From: Antedon mediterranea
Taxonomy: Eukaryota; Animalia; Echinodermata
Direction: 5' to 3'
Length of the DNA: 64,000 bases
NCBI RefSeq assembly: GCF_964355755.1
Contig: NC_092674.1
Coordinates: forward strand, 29,264,001-29,328,000
Positions 21,860 to 40,207 of the stretch are shown here, piece by piece; position 1 is the first letter of the stretch, and the number at the start of each line of letters is the position of its first letter. The notes beneath the pieces were generated by a model. It did no database searches. It was not told the DNA's origin and saw only the letters and a program-made list of their open reading frames with translations. The translations under genes were made by a program, and so were the position numbers.

Positions 21860-22990
21860 TCAACGGTCATATATGTCAACAACCTCCATCTGTGCATCAA
21901 CTGTGTTGTCAGTAGGTTTGATGTTGTTACACCTCTTACAGATCACAATGAGGACAGCTACCATAAAGAAGACTTTGATTACCAATGGTATCATCCATAT
22001 TGTGAGTGTACAACTGCAGAGAGGTTCTGTTGGTTCTGCCACTAACCGGATACTTGTATTCCCAATTGCATGCCAATACTTATTAGATACATCACATGTT
22101 ACAAGTTGTTGGTCATCTTCCTGACGAATCTCCTGGATGCAGTATTGATTTGAGTTCTGCATCTCATCTTCGGTACTATTTCTCGACCAAAAGTACTCAA
22201 CATCTACAAGACTCCCTGCAGTTATTATGCAAACAAAGCATACTTTATCACCAGCGTAGAATGGGGTGTTGTTTAGTGAAAGGACTTGGATGGATGTTGT
22301 TTCAATAACGTGGAGAGTATTTGTAAAACATGTTTGTCCTTGTTTATTTTCACACATAAACGAAATATCTGTGTCGTTTCTCGTAACGGTGTAAATGTAA
22401 CTTAACTCTTTAGTATGGTTTAATATTGTAAGAAAACGTGTACCACCTTTTGTACCAAAATACAAGTGGAGTGTCAGCTGGTCTGAAAGTTCATCCTTAC
22501 AAAATACATTCACTAAATCTCCAATACCTGCGGACTTGGGTATACGACCGCAGACTATGTTTGACGTACATTTTGGAAGAACGACCAAATTTGTAACGTG
22601 CATTGTGTAGTTTGCTTCTACAACTTGGCAGCTATACAGTCCAGAATCTGCCTGGGCAGCATCAGTTATTATCAGTGTATTTGTTGTGTAATTATTGTAA
22701 GTTTCATTACATTCTTTTACCGACAAACTAAAACGATCTTGACGTTGACCCAGTGCATTTTTGTTAAATTTATATTTGTAATCAGAAAGCCACAAGTCAG
22801 TGCAAAATACGCGTAGAGACCACAGTAGATTGGATTTGTTTCCTGCTGAACAATCTGAACTGCATCTCATGGTAACGTTCTCTCCTTCATAAACCGTGAC
22901 ATTATTCGTTTCCACATTCTCATCACATGTTACACTACGCAGAGACGTCAAGTACAGTATAATCAACACAAGTATTCTAGTAAGCGTCAT
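21860..22990 (-). CDS. Ig-receptor A6: short Lys-TM tail (376 aa)
   Basis: Paralog of A5 with a variant D1 N-terminal patch (CSSDCSAGNKSNLLW). Confidence 0.9.
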   Translation of the reverse strand: MTLTRILVLIILYLTSLRSVTCDENVETNNVTVYEGENVTMRCSSDCSAGNKSNLLWSLRVFCTDLWLSDYKYKFNKNALGQRQDRFSLSVKECNETYNNYTTNTLIITDAAQADSGLYSCQVVEANYTMHVTNLVVLPKCTSNIVCGRIPKSAGIGDLVNVFCKDELSDQLTLHLYFGTKGGTRFLTILNHTKELSYIYTVTRNDTDISFMCENKQGQTCFTNTLHVIETTSIQVLSLNNTPFYAGDKVCFVCIITAGSLVDVEYFWSRNSTEDEMQNSNQYCIQEIRQEDDQQLVTCDVSNKYWHAIGNTSIRLVAEPTEPLCSCTLTIWMIPLVIKVFFMVAVLIVICKRCNNIKPTDNTVDAQMEVVDIYDR

Positions 22991-23421
22991 TTTTAGTGGA
23001 TGGATGGTGTCGAACAATTATGAATGAAAGAGTTAACGGAGAATATACTTTTTGTGCATACACTCACTTATCTGTGAAATATAATTTCTAAACCAGGAAA
23101 TTGCGTAATTTGTTTCGTATCTGTTTAATTAATTATTAATTGCGTATAGTTGATATTAGTATCTCGTGATGAGAAATAACTTATTTTCAAGGTAAACATA
23201 TCGTATTATCTGTCACGTATCAATGACACCAGCGGCAAACTCTTATAGTTTAGACTAAGCAGTAGTGAGAGTAGTAAGTAGTGTAAATGCATTAACACCG
23301 TGTAGAATTATCCAGTCCATGGTATGGTCCGATACCTCTTTTCCCAAAATTTATAATAATAATAATATGATACACACCTTCAACAGTAATAGACTTTGTC
23401 ATCTCTTATTAATGTAAGCAT

Positions 23422-24798
23422 TTAATGACCGAGTGTTGTGCAGTATAATTGACCGCCCTGAGTAGATTTGAAACTGTCATTAGAACCAGCCCGAGATACA
23501 CGCATTCGCTCAATAGTATCCGCATACACGTGTCCCGGATAAGGTGCTTTTCTAACTTCGTGCTCTTTGTCAGCTAGCCCAGAGTATTTCTTTTGATCAT
23601 TCTGACGAACATCATTCTTAATAGTGTCATAAATCGATTCCTTTCGGTCATTTGACTGTCGTTTAAGCTTTCTTGTTTTGGAACAAATCACAACAGCCAG
23701 GCACACAATTGTGATTATGAAAACCGTATTAGTTGATAACAACAGAAGTAGAATGATAAACATGGTTGACGGATCGTCGAACGTTGGTAGGTTAGAAGTA
23801 AGCCCAGTCGTCTGGTCAGATGAAATAAGTATCGGTGTTACCAAAACATTGATGGGCGCACTTGCAGCTGCATACTGGTGGCGGTGCTTAGTAGACACGT
23901 TGCAGAAAATGAACTCCTTACCATTTGTACCTTCAACCTCATTGACGCAGTACTGGTTTGATCCCGGATGCTGGTCAATGTCACGACTTGTTGTCCACCA
24001 ATATTCAACGTCTGTAAAACCGTCTCCACGAATTACGCAGACGAAACACACCCGGTTGACATCTTGTTGCCAAAGCTGTAGAACTTCAACTATCATCTTC
24101 TGGATAACATGCATGTTGTTTGTGACACAACCTCTTTGTTCTTGGTTCCGCTCATTCACCAGTTCACATACGAAATACACAATAGTATCATCACTGCTGA
24201 CGGTGTAAACGTGACTTAGCGTCAGGTTTGTAATCTGACGGGTTACTGTCTGAAGTAAACGCTTTATCTGATCTTTCTCGTTAAACGCATACAGATTTAA
24301 CTCCGTATTTTGGTCTTTACCGTCAGCCACACAAGACAACGTCACTAAATCACCAGGAACGGCAGATAGTGGTACTCGATTGCAGGTTGGATTTTGCAAA
24401 CACAGTTCAACAACTTTGAATTCTATAGAACTTACAGAATTCGTACCAGCAACACCGCATTGATACACCCCAGCATCCCCTTGATCCGCGCCAGTTATCG
24501 ACAGTGTACTTGTGATGTTCATTACGTCGTCTGCGTTGCGTTTCTTGTAAACGGACACACTGTAACGGTTTTGGCGGAAACCCAGAAGATCAAGATTCAA
24601 TTTGTCAAATACATCGACAAGCCAAATTTGCCCGGTGTACCATAATATGCTTTCTGTATTCCCAGAAGACGTGATCGAACAACTGAGAGTCGCCGTTTCT
24701 CCTTTGTAAATTTGAAAATCTGGGGTTCGTACAATCTCAACCCCATCTGCATAATATATGAACACTAACTGTAGAAATATTTTAGTAACAACTGCCAT
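23422..24798 (-). CDS. Ig-receptor B3 (458 aa)
   Basis: Near-identical paralog of B1/B2 with an intact ORF. Confidence 0.9.
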   Translation of the reverse strand: MAVVTKIFLQLVFIYYADGVEIVRTPDFQIYKGETATLSCSITSSGNTESILWYTGQIWLVDVFDKLNLDLLGFRQNRYSVSVYKKRNADDVMNITSTLSITGADQGDAGVYQCGVAGTNSVSSIEFKVVELCLQNPTCNRVPLSAVPGDLVTLSCVADGKDQNTELNLYAFNEKDQIKRLLQTVTRQITNLTLSHVYTVSSDDTIVYFVCELVNERNQEQRGCVTNNMHVIQKMIVEVLQLWQQDVNRVCFVCVIRGDGFTDVEYWWTTSRDIDQHPGSNQYCVNEVEGTNGKEFIFCNVSTKHRHQYAAASAPINVLVTPILISSDQTTGLTSNLPTFDDPSTMFIILLLLLSTNTVFIITIVCLAVVICSKTRKLKRQSNDRKESIYDTIKNDVRQNDQKKYSGLADKEHEVRKAPYPGHVYADTIERMRVSRAGSNDSFKSTQGGQLYCTTLGH

Positions 24799-25702
24799 TT
24801 TTAAAACAAAAAATTGTTTTTGCTAAATTATATTTCGCAATACGACTACTATCCAGGTCTCTCGTCCATGGAAAGACAAATGCAACATTGGTTTCTATAA
24901 ATATTTAAAAGATAATCAAAAGTTATCTTAAATGTTTTTTTTTTATTTCGAAAGCTATTACAGTATAACTGATTCACTTTCAGATTAGATATGGCTATAT
25001 GCTATTTGTTTAGATAATATAATAGTTTATACAAACAGTAACATTCTGTTTATTTGAATACATATAAGCTACACATACAGTAGCTATAGGTTCCTATCAT
25101 AATCATTTGTTTTGATGTTGCGGGCCCTTGTAAAAAAGTAATGTTATCAAACTGACCTGGGCCAGAGCATATAAACAATTTAAATTAGTACATGTATCGC
25201 ATCGCAAAACTTTGTTTATGTATTATGTCAAGACAAGAAAGCTACAGTTTTGTTGTTTATTGACAGCTTATGAATATGTAAAAGCCAGTTGTTAACACAC
25301 TAGCTTTGTGTGTGAACACACACTATCGTTGTATGTGAACACACACTATCGTTGTATGTGAACACACACTATCGTTGTGTATGAACGCATTTGTATTTAC
25401 TTTGCGTTGTAAATCGACCTTGCCATTTACACCGCAGTGTTATATACAACAACTACATCAGTCCACAAAGATATTACAAAATCTCTGAGTATCTGAACAA
25501 AGAGAGGCAAAAGCTCAAACCGTTTCTCTGCACTTATTTTATATATTTATTTTATCATTGATTTAAAAACAAATTTAAAATAATTTCGTATACTATTTTA
25601 AATATATACTGTATTCTTTAACATTTACTAATAAACCTTTGTTGTGACATTTTTCCTATTATTTGTAAGTAGTACTGAGGCCGAAATATAAAGTTAACAT
25701 TT

Positions 25703-31611
<5,909 letters not shown>

Positions 31612-31868
31612 TTTTCATCCGGTTCAGCAACAAATGAGGGCAGTATTTTGGTTGACCTGGGGAGGGGAATACCTGGAGGAATGCGACTGGACTGGACACT
31701 TGGGAGGAGAGGAGATACTGAGCTGCAACTGCGCGATTTAAACGATGGCGCTCAAGTTGCGCAATTTGAAATTGAAACCTGCTGAATCTATCATTTTATT
31801 AACAACCACACCATACTACTACCACAATGTGCCAATTTAAAAATTTAAAATACGATTGATTAAAAATG

Positions 31869-32193
31869 TTAAAGATGTATTGTCCCCCAAAAACATGAAA
31901 AATTAAGATTAATTAAATCAGAATTAGAATATTTTATTTTGTAGTTTTAATAAAGTTAATCACTTCCATAGAAAAAAAACCGAAAAAATTATGTTTTCAC
32001 TTACAATATGACAAAATAAATGGTTAAATTCAACCGAAAATCCATTGGCTGGCAGCCAATTTGACCATTTTCTCGTTAAATTACATTTTTTGTCAGGTAA
32101 ATACATTTTTCTTCGATCCAATTTTTGGTCAAAGTGGATAACTATTATAATTTGTTTAAGAATTATTTTTTCAGGGGGATAATACATTTTTAA
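31869..32193. mobile_element. TTAA-flanked MITE family 3 (Kolobok-like)
   Basis: ttaaagatgtattgtcccc...gggggataatacatttttaa imperfect TIRs. Related copies at ~30079-30400, ~37669-38045 and ~58923-59046. Confidence 0.6.
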
Positions 32194-35171
32194 TGTTACC
32201 ATTGTACCATTTTGTGCAGTAAAGTTCCATTTAACGTAGCCTACATGAAATGTGACAGTACATTATGTAAGGCCTATTTATTGTTTAGGTTTCACCGTGC
32301 ATGTTCAACTTCTTCCTATGAAACGCACAGTTGTTATTTTAAAATGTCCCGGGAGGCTTGTGAGTCAACATGAAACACTTTTTGTCATCTTTCTTTCTGG
32401 ATCGAGTGGGACCACTATTACATGTTGTGTTTTGTACTAATTTTTTAAACGTGCGTAATCGTTGGTGGTCGCTACTAATAAATTTAACATTATTTACAAT
32501 TTTTATATATGTGCAATAATGATTCGTCACTCACAGAACACTGTTATAATTATGGTGTAAATAGCCTTTTAATTTCTTACGCAAGTGCAAGTACTTTTAC
32601 GTTTAGCAAAGATCAATATTAAAGGCTAATTGAGCTTCGACATCAATAAATATGCTAGGCCTACTCCTTGATCCTTTGCAAGCTGTATTGAAATATATCT
32701 ACACGTGATGCGAGACCCAAATTCAAATATCGTATTGCTAGTCTAGATAGCTTGTTAGTGAACAAATAAGCATCATTTGTTCTTGTTCTAAGTGAAGTTC
32801 AATTCTTCTTTGATGACGTCACTATGGCTTTAACTGAGTTGGTGACATTAAATGCAATGAAGATGAAGAATCCTTGAAGTGAGTTCAGAATCGTGTAGAT
32901 GAACCACAATACAACGTGATCTACGTACGCTGCAATGAATCCAAGACACCATGTCACCCCCATGACTGTCGAAATCTGCAAAAAAAAACATTAACAAATA
33001 GTATCATTATTTTGTTAATAATGTACGGTAGAGGCTAGCTACGAAAGTATCGTTAAGTGGGAAAGCTTTACGTATTCCTAACTCAATATGATATGAAATA
33101 GTTTCCTTAATGTAGGCATATTAAGTGGCTCTGAGACTTTTGGTGAATTTTCAATCTCCTAGTGCCGTTTGAACATTATTAAGGAAGTATTGAGAAACGT
33201 CAGTTCTGTAATCTCTAATCTGGACTGGAAGTCAAAATCTGTTTGTCACAATAACCATTGCAGTTGTATATTGATGAAGAAGGGTTAATGGTAAAATGGA
33301 ATTCATTATACAACCATGCAAAAACTTACCCTTATGTAAATGATAATTTCTTCCGTCAGTTGCTGTTTTTTCGACTTATCACCATTGACAACCGAAGTTG
33401 TTTTCTTCGTCTCTCTGATTCCTGTAATTGTTGCAACAAATAGTATCAGGTTGGGCAGAATGATCACAGCTAACGGGATACCGAACCAGTAGAGATTAGC
33501 GAGTTCATCTCGAATCCAGCAGATTGTATCATCACCGTATCTGACATTCACACCAGTGCAATCACAGTAAATCAAGCCTACGATGATACCTACGTATATT
33601 GATGGCACTCCCCAACTGTAGATATTGTAAAAGATGAAAGATGTTCGCTGCGATGCCTTGCTTCTTGCTGACGTTCTAAAAAACATGAATGTTCGGAAAA
33701 GTTCAAATGCTAACGTGTTCATCCAAAGGAAACAAGAAAGCCATATGAAATGAAGGAATACTGCCACAATCTTGCAAGCTAACTTCCACTTGATGAACGA
33801 GTTTTGAAAAGTAGTCATCAACAAACCACAGAACAAAGATATTGAAATATTCATAATGATCTTTCCACAAAGTGTTCTTAATTCCTTAAACATCATACGG
33901 AAAATAATTGTAATGAAGAGACCAACAAGCGACAAACTGATTCCTACAATATTGATAATGTTAAGGTATACATTATCTTTATTTTCCATGAATTGTTTTG
34001 GTAAATTCTGTGATTCAGAATTGTTAAGAAAGGTACAGACGCCGATACTACTATTTGTATCATCTGATACAATATAATCCATCTCTTCAAATATCTTTCC
34101 ATTATACTTATAAACTAGAGTTCCGTTGCCATGATTCATAAAAGCTGATGAATCCAGATAAATCAGGGAACACACGTCACAAGTCAATACCGATAGACTA
34201 CTATAGACGTAACTAGACTCATTTCCAAACTGGTGGACAACTTCCAACACATACTCTTCATCAGGAATTTCAGCAGAAAGGTTACCGTAACGTAAATTTC
34301 GCGTAGAATTGTCAAAACTCTCAAAAAGATCGTCTGTGAGCGTAAACACGTCAAAGTCACATGATGGGTATTCGGGAATAATTTTAAGTGAACAATTCTG
34401 CCGAATGATCACCAGTCGTATAAATACTGTCGCACAACTTACAGCATTTATTGACACTTCTAAATTGGTCATATTTGCATATTCTATCACGTGATGTGAA
34501 TAGCTCATACCACTGTCATTTAGATGCCCTATGAAGACTTCTACAGCTACAAATTTATTCTCTTCCTTCACATATTGAAAGGCAACATGTATTGAATGGT
34601 TTAGAAGCTCGCATAAACAGTAGATTTCTTTTGGTGTATGAATAGCCTTCGTTTCGCAACCTGAAGAAGTCAGTAGGCCTACTGAAGGAACACATGTTGA
34701 GCCTTCATACGTAAAACTAGGTTTACAAGAAATCTGAAGTTGTATACACTCTCCAGAGAACGGGTCAACAAACACTTCTTCTGCAGCACATGTGTTTATT
34801 TCTGTAATAGAAGCTTGCGTACTACTAGACGTCTGCACACTAATGCTGTTTTGAGTAGAAAAATCAAATATGATGGTTAATGGACTAAATGGTGGAGCTT
34901 CTCCATGTAGGTCATCATCACCATAGCAATTGGAAATTGAAGATTTAGACCTAAGCGTATAATTGTTGCAAATGACAATATGTGGACTGAAGTATGGGAT
35001 ATCATTACGGTAAATAACAGCCTTATACGTTTACATGTCGAATCCGAAGAATTGGAGCAAACGATTTTAGCCTTCGGGTTACACACTCTTCTGTTATCCG
35101 TTTTACCGGGCGGTGGAGTAAATTCAATATTTCCACATTTAACAGCCTGGTCTATTGTATCTAATGCGTCA

Positions 35172-35277
35172 GATGATGATGATTCGGATGATGATGATGA
35201 TCCAGATGATGATGATCCAGATGATGATGATGATTTAGATAGTATAACAAATGCATATGATGATGACGATGATGATG
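35172..35277. repeat. (GAT/TCA)n microsatellite encoding poly-Ser in GPCR copy 1
   Basis: Runs of gatgatgat; the matching region of copy 2 (~42682-42710) is short. Confidence 0.9.
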
Positions 35278-36088
35278 GTAAATGACAGTTGAATGTCGTT
35301 TTCCACGCAAACACGTTCTGTAAAGGAACACCATTACACAATGCACAGTACACATTCTTGTAAATATTGTTATCTGTATCGGAAACGATAACCTTTAAAA
35401 GAATGTTATCCGGATCAGGATTTTCACATTTGGCAATGGTCTCAGTATCGACTGAACTATCGCATAAAGCAATTGTATAGTATCCGGCGGCCCGAATGTC
35501 AAACGACGATCCGCGTTCCACACATTTGAGACGGTTAGAATCTGCTGTCAATGTAAACGTAACATTTGGTCTGCACGCGGTCACATAGTCGTAGCAACAG
35601 TCACCATAGTATTCACACGCCGCATCACAACCACAATCATCCTCCTCCAACGTACGGAGCCAAGCCACATTTTGTAATGTTATCTCTTCTATTTACACAG
35701 TTATGTGTCAGAGGACATTTCACGTCATCAATTAGTTCTAAATAATAATATTTAAAAGACATTAATGTATTACAAATTTTTTTATATGTGAACTTTATTC
35801 AATCAATCGTACATTTGTTATAATGGTAACCACAATAAGGTATAATATTACAGTAGATTTTTACAAACAAAAAAAACAAGACCAATAAAAATATAAATTA
35901 TAAAATATATACAATGATTATTTACAGTAATGATAAAAATAAAAATTAATTGTTTATATTGACTATTATTGGAAACAGAAGTTGAATAATAAAATACTGG
36001 AAAGTTTAGTTAGAGGTTTACAATCAATGGAAAAGATGAAAACATATAATATTGTATCTTGAAAGAATTTCATTTAGCTTCGATTTTG

Positions 36089-36204
36089 TATAGATGACAA
36101 ATTTCGTTTTTGTAAAAGCACAAGTTAACGGAGTACTTACTCGAACGTTCGAGTAAGTACTCCGTTAACTTGTGCTTTTACAAAAACGAAATTTGTCATC
36201 TATA
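36089..36204. repeat. 116-bp perfect palindrome with no spacer
   Basis: tatagatgac...ctcgaac|gttcgag...gtcatctata, centred at 36146/36147. Confidence 0.97.
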
Positions 36205-38127
36205 TAATATTGTAAGTATTAAAAGTAGCATTGTTTAGAGAGATTACTGTATATTGGCAACGGCCTACAGTTGAACATGGTTTTAAGCAAAAGTTATATA
36301 TTGATTGATTGAATCGGGCATCACTGTAAGCAAAGCTTTAAAATGTGATGTCCTATGTAAGAATTAAAAATTGGAAAAATTAAATAAATAAATAAATTAC
36401 AATAAAAACAATAACAATTAGTAAATATATATAAATAAATAAACGTATATAAATAAATTTGTATACGTTATAAAAACATGCAAAAAGAAATTTGCAAGTT
36501 ACAAGATGTATGTAAGCGCACCGAATCAGCTCTTATAATAATATTTGTTTCTAGCCTATTATATGTAGTGTTTCTATTAAATTTTTCAATGTAAGATCTA
36601 TGAGGCGTACAACTTGTAGAGAAGGCCTTCGTGGTACTTTCTACACACAGTACACACACAAACAAAAGTGCCTTTATCCACTTAGAGACTAATAAAAAGA
36701 ATTGACTGGGGGAGATATCATTTTCAAAGAATTATTTTTGTATTCGCCCCTGACATGACATCAAATCGAAAAATGAAACCACCATAAAGCCAGAAGACTT
36801 ACCATCATATTTTGTGCAGTTCTCTGCTCCATGAATAACAACACTCAGTGACGTAATATAGAAGACTACAATAAAGACACTGGATTTATATGGTTGCATT
36901 TTAAAGTCTAAAATATCAAATATAATATTATTAATAACCTAAACGTCTCTAAATTAAATACTTACATTGCGTAAAGATAATCAGTTTTAAACTAGAAAGG
37001 AGTCTTCAATTTTGTTCAGGAATATATTTTTTATCATAAATAAAAATAAAATACGTTTTATAAAGTCATAGGCCTACACACTTTTTGTAGTTGAGGTTGC
37101 AGAAATAAAAAGAATTCGGGCTCTGCAGTAAAGTAGTAGCGGTTAGACGCCAATAATTTATCAAAATAATTCCCTAAACTTATTCCATGCATTTGTCAGA
37201 AACGAAAACTAAAACTACAACTATATCCGTACACTTTGCCGTGAGTAGTAATGTAGGATTATACTGTCAGTACGGACCAGTGGAAACGTCGAAACACATA
37301 ATGAGTTTTGTATTGGAGATATATTTTAACGTTTTGTACATATAGGCCTATAGGCAAAACATACGCACCTGAACAACCTGTTCTTCTGGCCTCCTTTGTG
37401 ACAGAATTGATTGAATGCTTTTTCGATGAGCACCAGTAACAGAATGACTCGATAACTTATTGGTGCAAAATAAAACTTATTCATCCTGATTGTCTCTTTC
37501 TTAAATGCATTCTATTTCTACTTATAATTTCAAAAGACCAGCTTGATAAAACCATCATTTTTATTATTAATTATCAGATTATGCATTAATTTCTTTATAT
37601 TGATTGATTGATTGAAGTAAAATTGACACAAACGATTTAGTTGAAAAGACTCAGAAGCTTAATTAAGGTTAAATATGTATTTTATCTCCCCCCCCCCCCC
37701 CCACCAAAAAAAAATAAATAAATGAAGATTAATTAAGATCAGACTTTGAATAGATTATAATATAGTTTTAATAAAGTTAATCACTTCCGTAGGAAAAAAA
37801 AGCGAAAACAACAATAACAAACCAGACCAACAAAATGGCAAAGTTCAACCTAAAACCCATGAGCTGCTGGCATCCAATTTGAGTATTGTTTGCTTTAAAT
37901 TACAGTTTTTCAGGTAAGTACATTTTTTTTTCGATTTCATTTTTGGCTAACGTTGATAACTATTATTAAAATTAAATTACAATGGTATATTCAACAAAAT
38001 AAATGTTTCAAAACTTTTTTTTCATGGGATTAATACATCTTTTATAATAAATTGAAAAGTTTACATTTTTTCAATATCATTTTACATAAGAATATGAAAT
38101 TTCGTCACAATAGTTCTATAATTATAA

Positions 38128-38700
38128 CTAGAAAGCCACTCCGAGAGTGCATACCTCCGCCTACTTTAAAATTCGTTTACATAAAATTAAGTCTCCGGAA
38201 AAATTGTGTGTCTTAATGCTGTGTGTGATTTAGACTTATTTCACTACAAGCATGTGTATGCGAGTTTGGTGTGATGGTTTATGTAACCAGCCTTTCAACT
38301 AACAATAGCTTCAGCTGACTAACAATAGAACAGCAACGCAAAAAACAAACAAATGAATTTGAAAAGAAATAGGTATTACTTGCTTCAAAAAACGTGTACA
38401 TTAAATCTAATTAAATTCATTCATTCATTCATTCATCTTTTTATTTCGGATTATCATGGTGCCTCTTGAACAAAAATGAAATTTTTTGGACAAGTAGTTC
38501 TCGAGAAAATGCATTTTTAGTTTACTTGTTACTGGAGATTGTTCACCGGCTTTTGAAAATTCTGTCCTATCTTTTAACACTAGCAGATCTGAAAATAATT
38601 CTAAAAAGTGGTCCAAAATTAGGACCGTGCATGGTCCGGATTGCTTCTAAAATTTAATGTAGTGGTCCTTGACCACATATCTATCTGTAATTTCATTTTA
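38128..38700. mobile_element. Possible Helentron/HINE-like non-autonomous element remnant
   Basis: Begins aactagaaagccactccgagagtgcatacctccgcc (CTAG plus small hairpin), resembling HINE-type termini. The right boundary is uncertain. Confidence 0.35.
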
Positions 38701-39081
38701 GAAAAGATCTTGAAATTACATTTTAAGTCATCCCGGAAAAGCTTGTGTCACCATAAAGGTGTTCTTCCACAAGGCCGTGATCAACTAACAGTAATACATT
38801 ACAAATTTTAAAATAACAAATTTTAAAAATAACAAACAGAAACCTTAATTAAATGTATGCTAAGAGTACAAAATAAATCATAAATTACACCAATAATTTT
38901 TTTAAAGTATTTAAATTTGTTTTTCTAGAGTATTCCATAATCTAGCACCATGATATGAAAAACTTTTTTAATATATTCTGTTTTGGGTTTATCCAATTTT
39001 AATACATCCTTTGATCTTGTATTGTATTGTATAAGTCCTGTATTTAGGTTAAAACAAACTATGCTATATACAAGTATACAC

Positions 39082-40207
39082 CACGTGATGCGAGGCCAAC
39101 TTCAATTACCGTACTGCTAGTCTTTAGTAATAATATATCTACACGTGATGCGAGGCCAACTTCAATTACCGTACTGCTAGTCTTTAGTAGTAATATATCT
39201 ACACGTGATGCGAGGCCAACTTCAAATACCGTACTGCTAGTCTTTAGTAGTAATATATCTACACGTGATACGAGGCCAACTTCAATTACCGTACTGCTAG
39301 TCTTTAGTAGTAATATATCTACACGTGATGCGAGGCCAACTTCAATTACCGTACTGCTAGTCTTTAGTAGTAATATCTACACGTGATGCGAGACCAACTT
39401 CAATTACCGTACTGCTAGTCTTTAGTAGTAATATATCTACACGTGATGCGAGACCAACTTCAATTACCGTACTGCTAGTCTCTAGTAGTAATATATCTAC
39501 ACGTGATGCGAGACCAACTTCAATTACCATACTGCTAGTCTTTAGTAGTAATATATCTACACGTGATGCGAGACCAACTTCAATTACCGTACTGCTAGTC
39601 TTTAGTAGTAATATATCTACACGTGATGCGAGGCCAACTCCAATTACCGTACTGCTAGTCTTTAGTCGTAATATTTCTACACGTGATGCGAGGCCAACTT
39701 CAATTACCGTACTGCTAGTCTTTAGTAGTAATTATTATATCTACACGTGATGCGAGACCAACTTCAATTACCGTACTGCTAGTCTTTAGTAGTAATATAT
39801 CTACACGTGATGCGAGACCAACTTCAATTACCGTACTGCTAGTCTTTAGTAGTAATATATCTACACGTGATGCGAGGCCAACTTAAATTACCGTACTGCT
39901 AGTCTTTAGTAGTAATATCTACACGTGATGCGAGACCAACTTCAATTACCGTACTGCTAGTCTTTAGTAGTAATATATCTACACGTGATGCGAGACCAAC
40001 TTCAATTACCGTACTGCTAGTCTTTAGTAGTAATATATCTACACGTGATGCGAGGCCAACTTCAATTACCGTACTGCTAGTCTTTAGTAGTAATATATCT
40101 ACACGTGATGCGAGGCCAACTTCAATTACCGTACTGCTAGTCTTTAGTAGTAATATATCTACACGTGATGCGAGACCAACTTCAATTACCGTACTGCTAG
40201 TCTTTAG
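39082..40207. repeat. 60-bp minisatellite, ~19 units
   Basis: Unit acacgtgatgcgag(g/a)ccaacttcaattaccgtactgctagtctttagtagtaatatatct; a few units are 58 or 63 bp. Confidence 0.98.

Larger units (their letters stand above)
32799..36899 (-). pseudogene. Somatomedin-B domain adhesion/Methuselah-like GPCR, copy 1 (frameshifted)
   Basis: Exons 36803-36899 (signal peptide), 33330-35737 and 32799-32975. SMB motif CGCDAACEYYGDCCYDY; YKNVYCALCNG; family-B 7TM motifs (CKIVAVFLHFIWL..FLWMN, YSWGVP, CWI, MGVTW, LNSLQGFFIF). +4 nt at ~35651, -1 nt at ~35031 and an early TGA in the tail relative to copy 2. Confidence 0.85.

Noticed and set aside
7427-24645. Recurrent plus-strand ORFs across the Ig array
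   Set aside because: Antisense shadows of the duplicated receptor genes.
5721-24798. V(D)J-like rearranging locus
   Set aside because: Genes are complete ORFs. I saw no RSS heptamer/nonamer pairs or recombinase, and germline recombination explains the diversity.
34980-35355. Poly-Asp and poly-His ORFs
   Set aside because: Alternative frames of the (GAT)n microsatellite inside the GPCR exon.
39082-40207. CRISPR array
   Set aside because: Units are contiguous with no unique spacers, there are no cas genes, and the context is eukaryotic.
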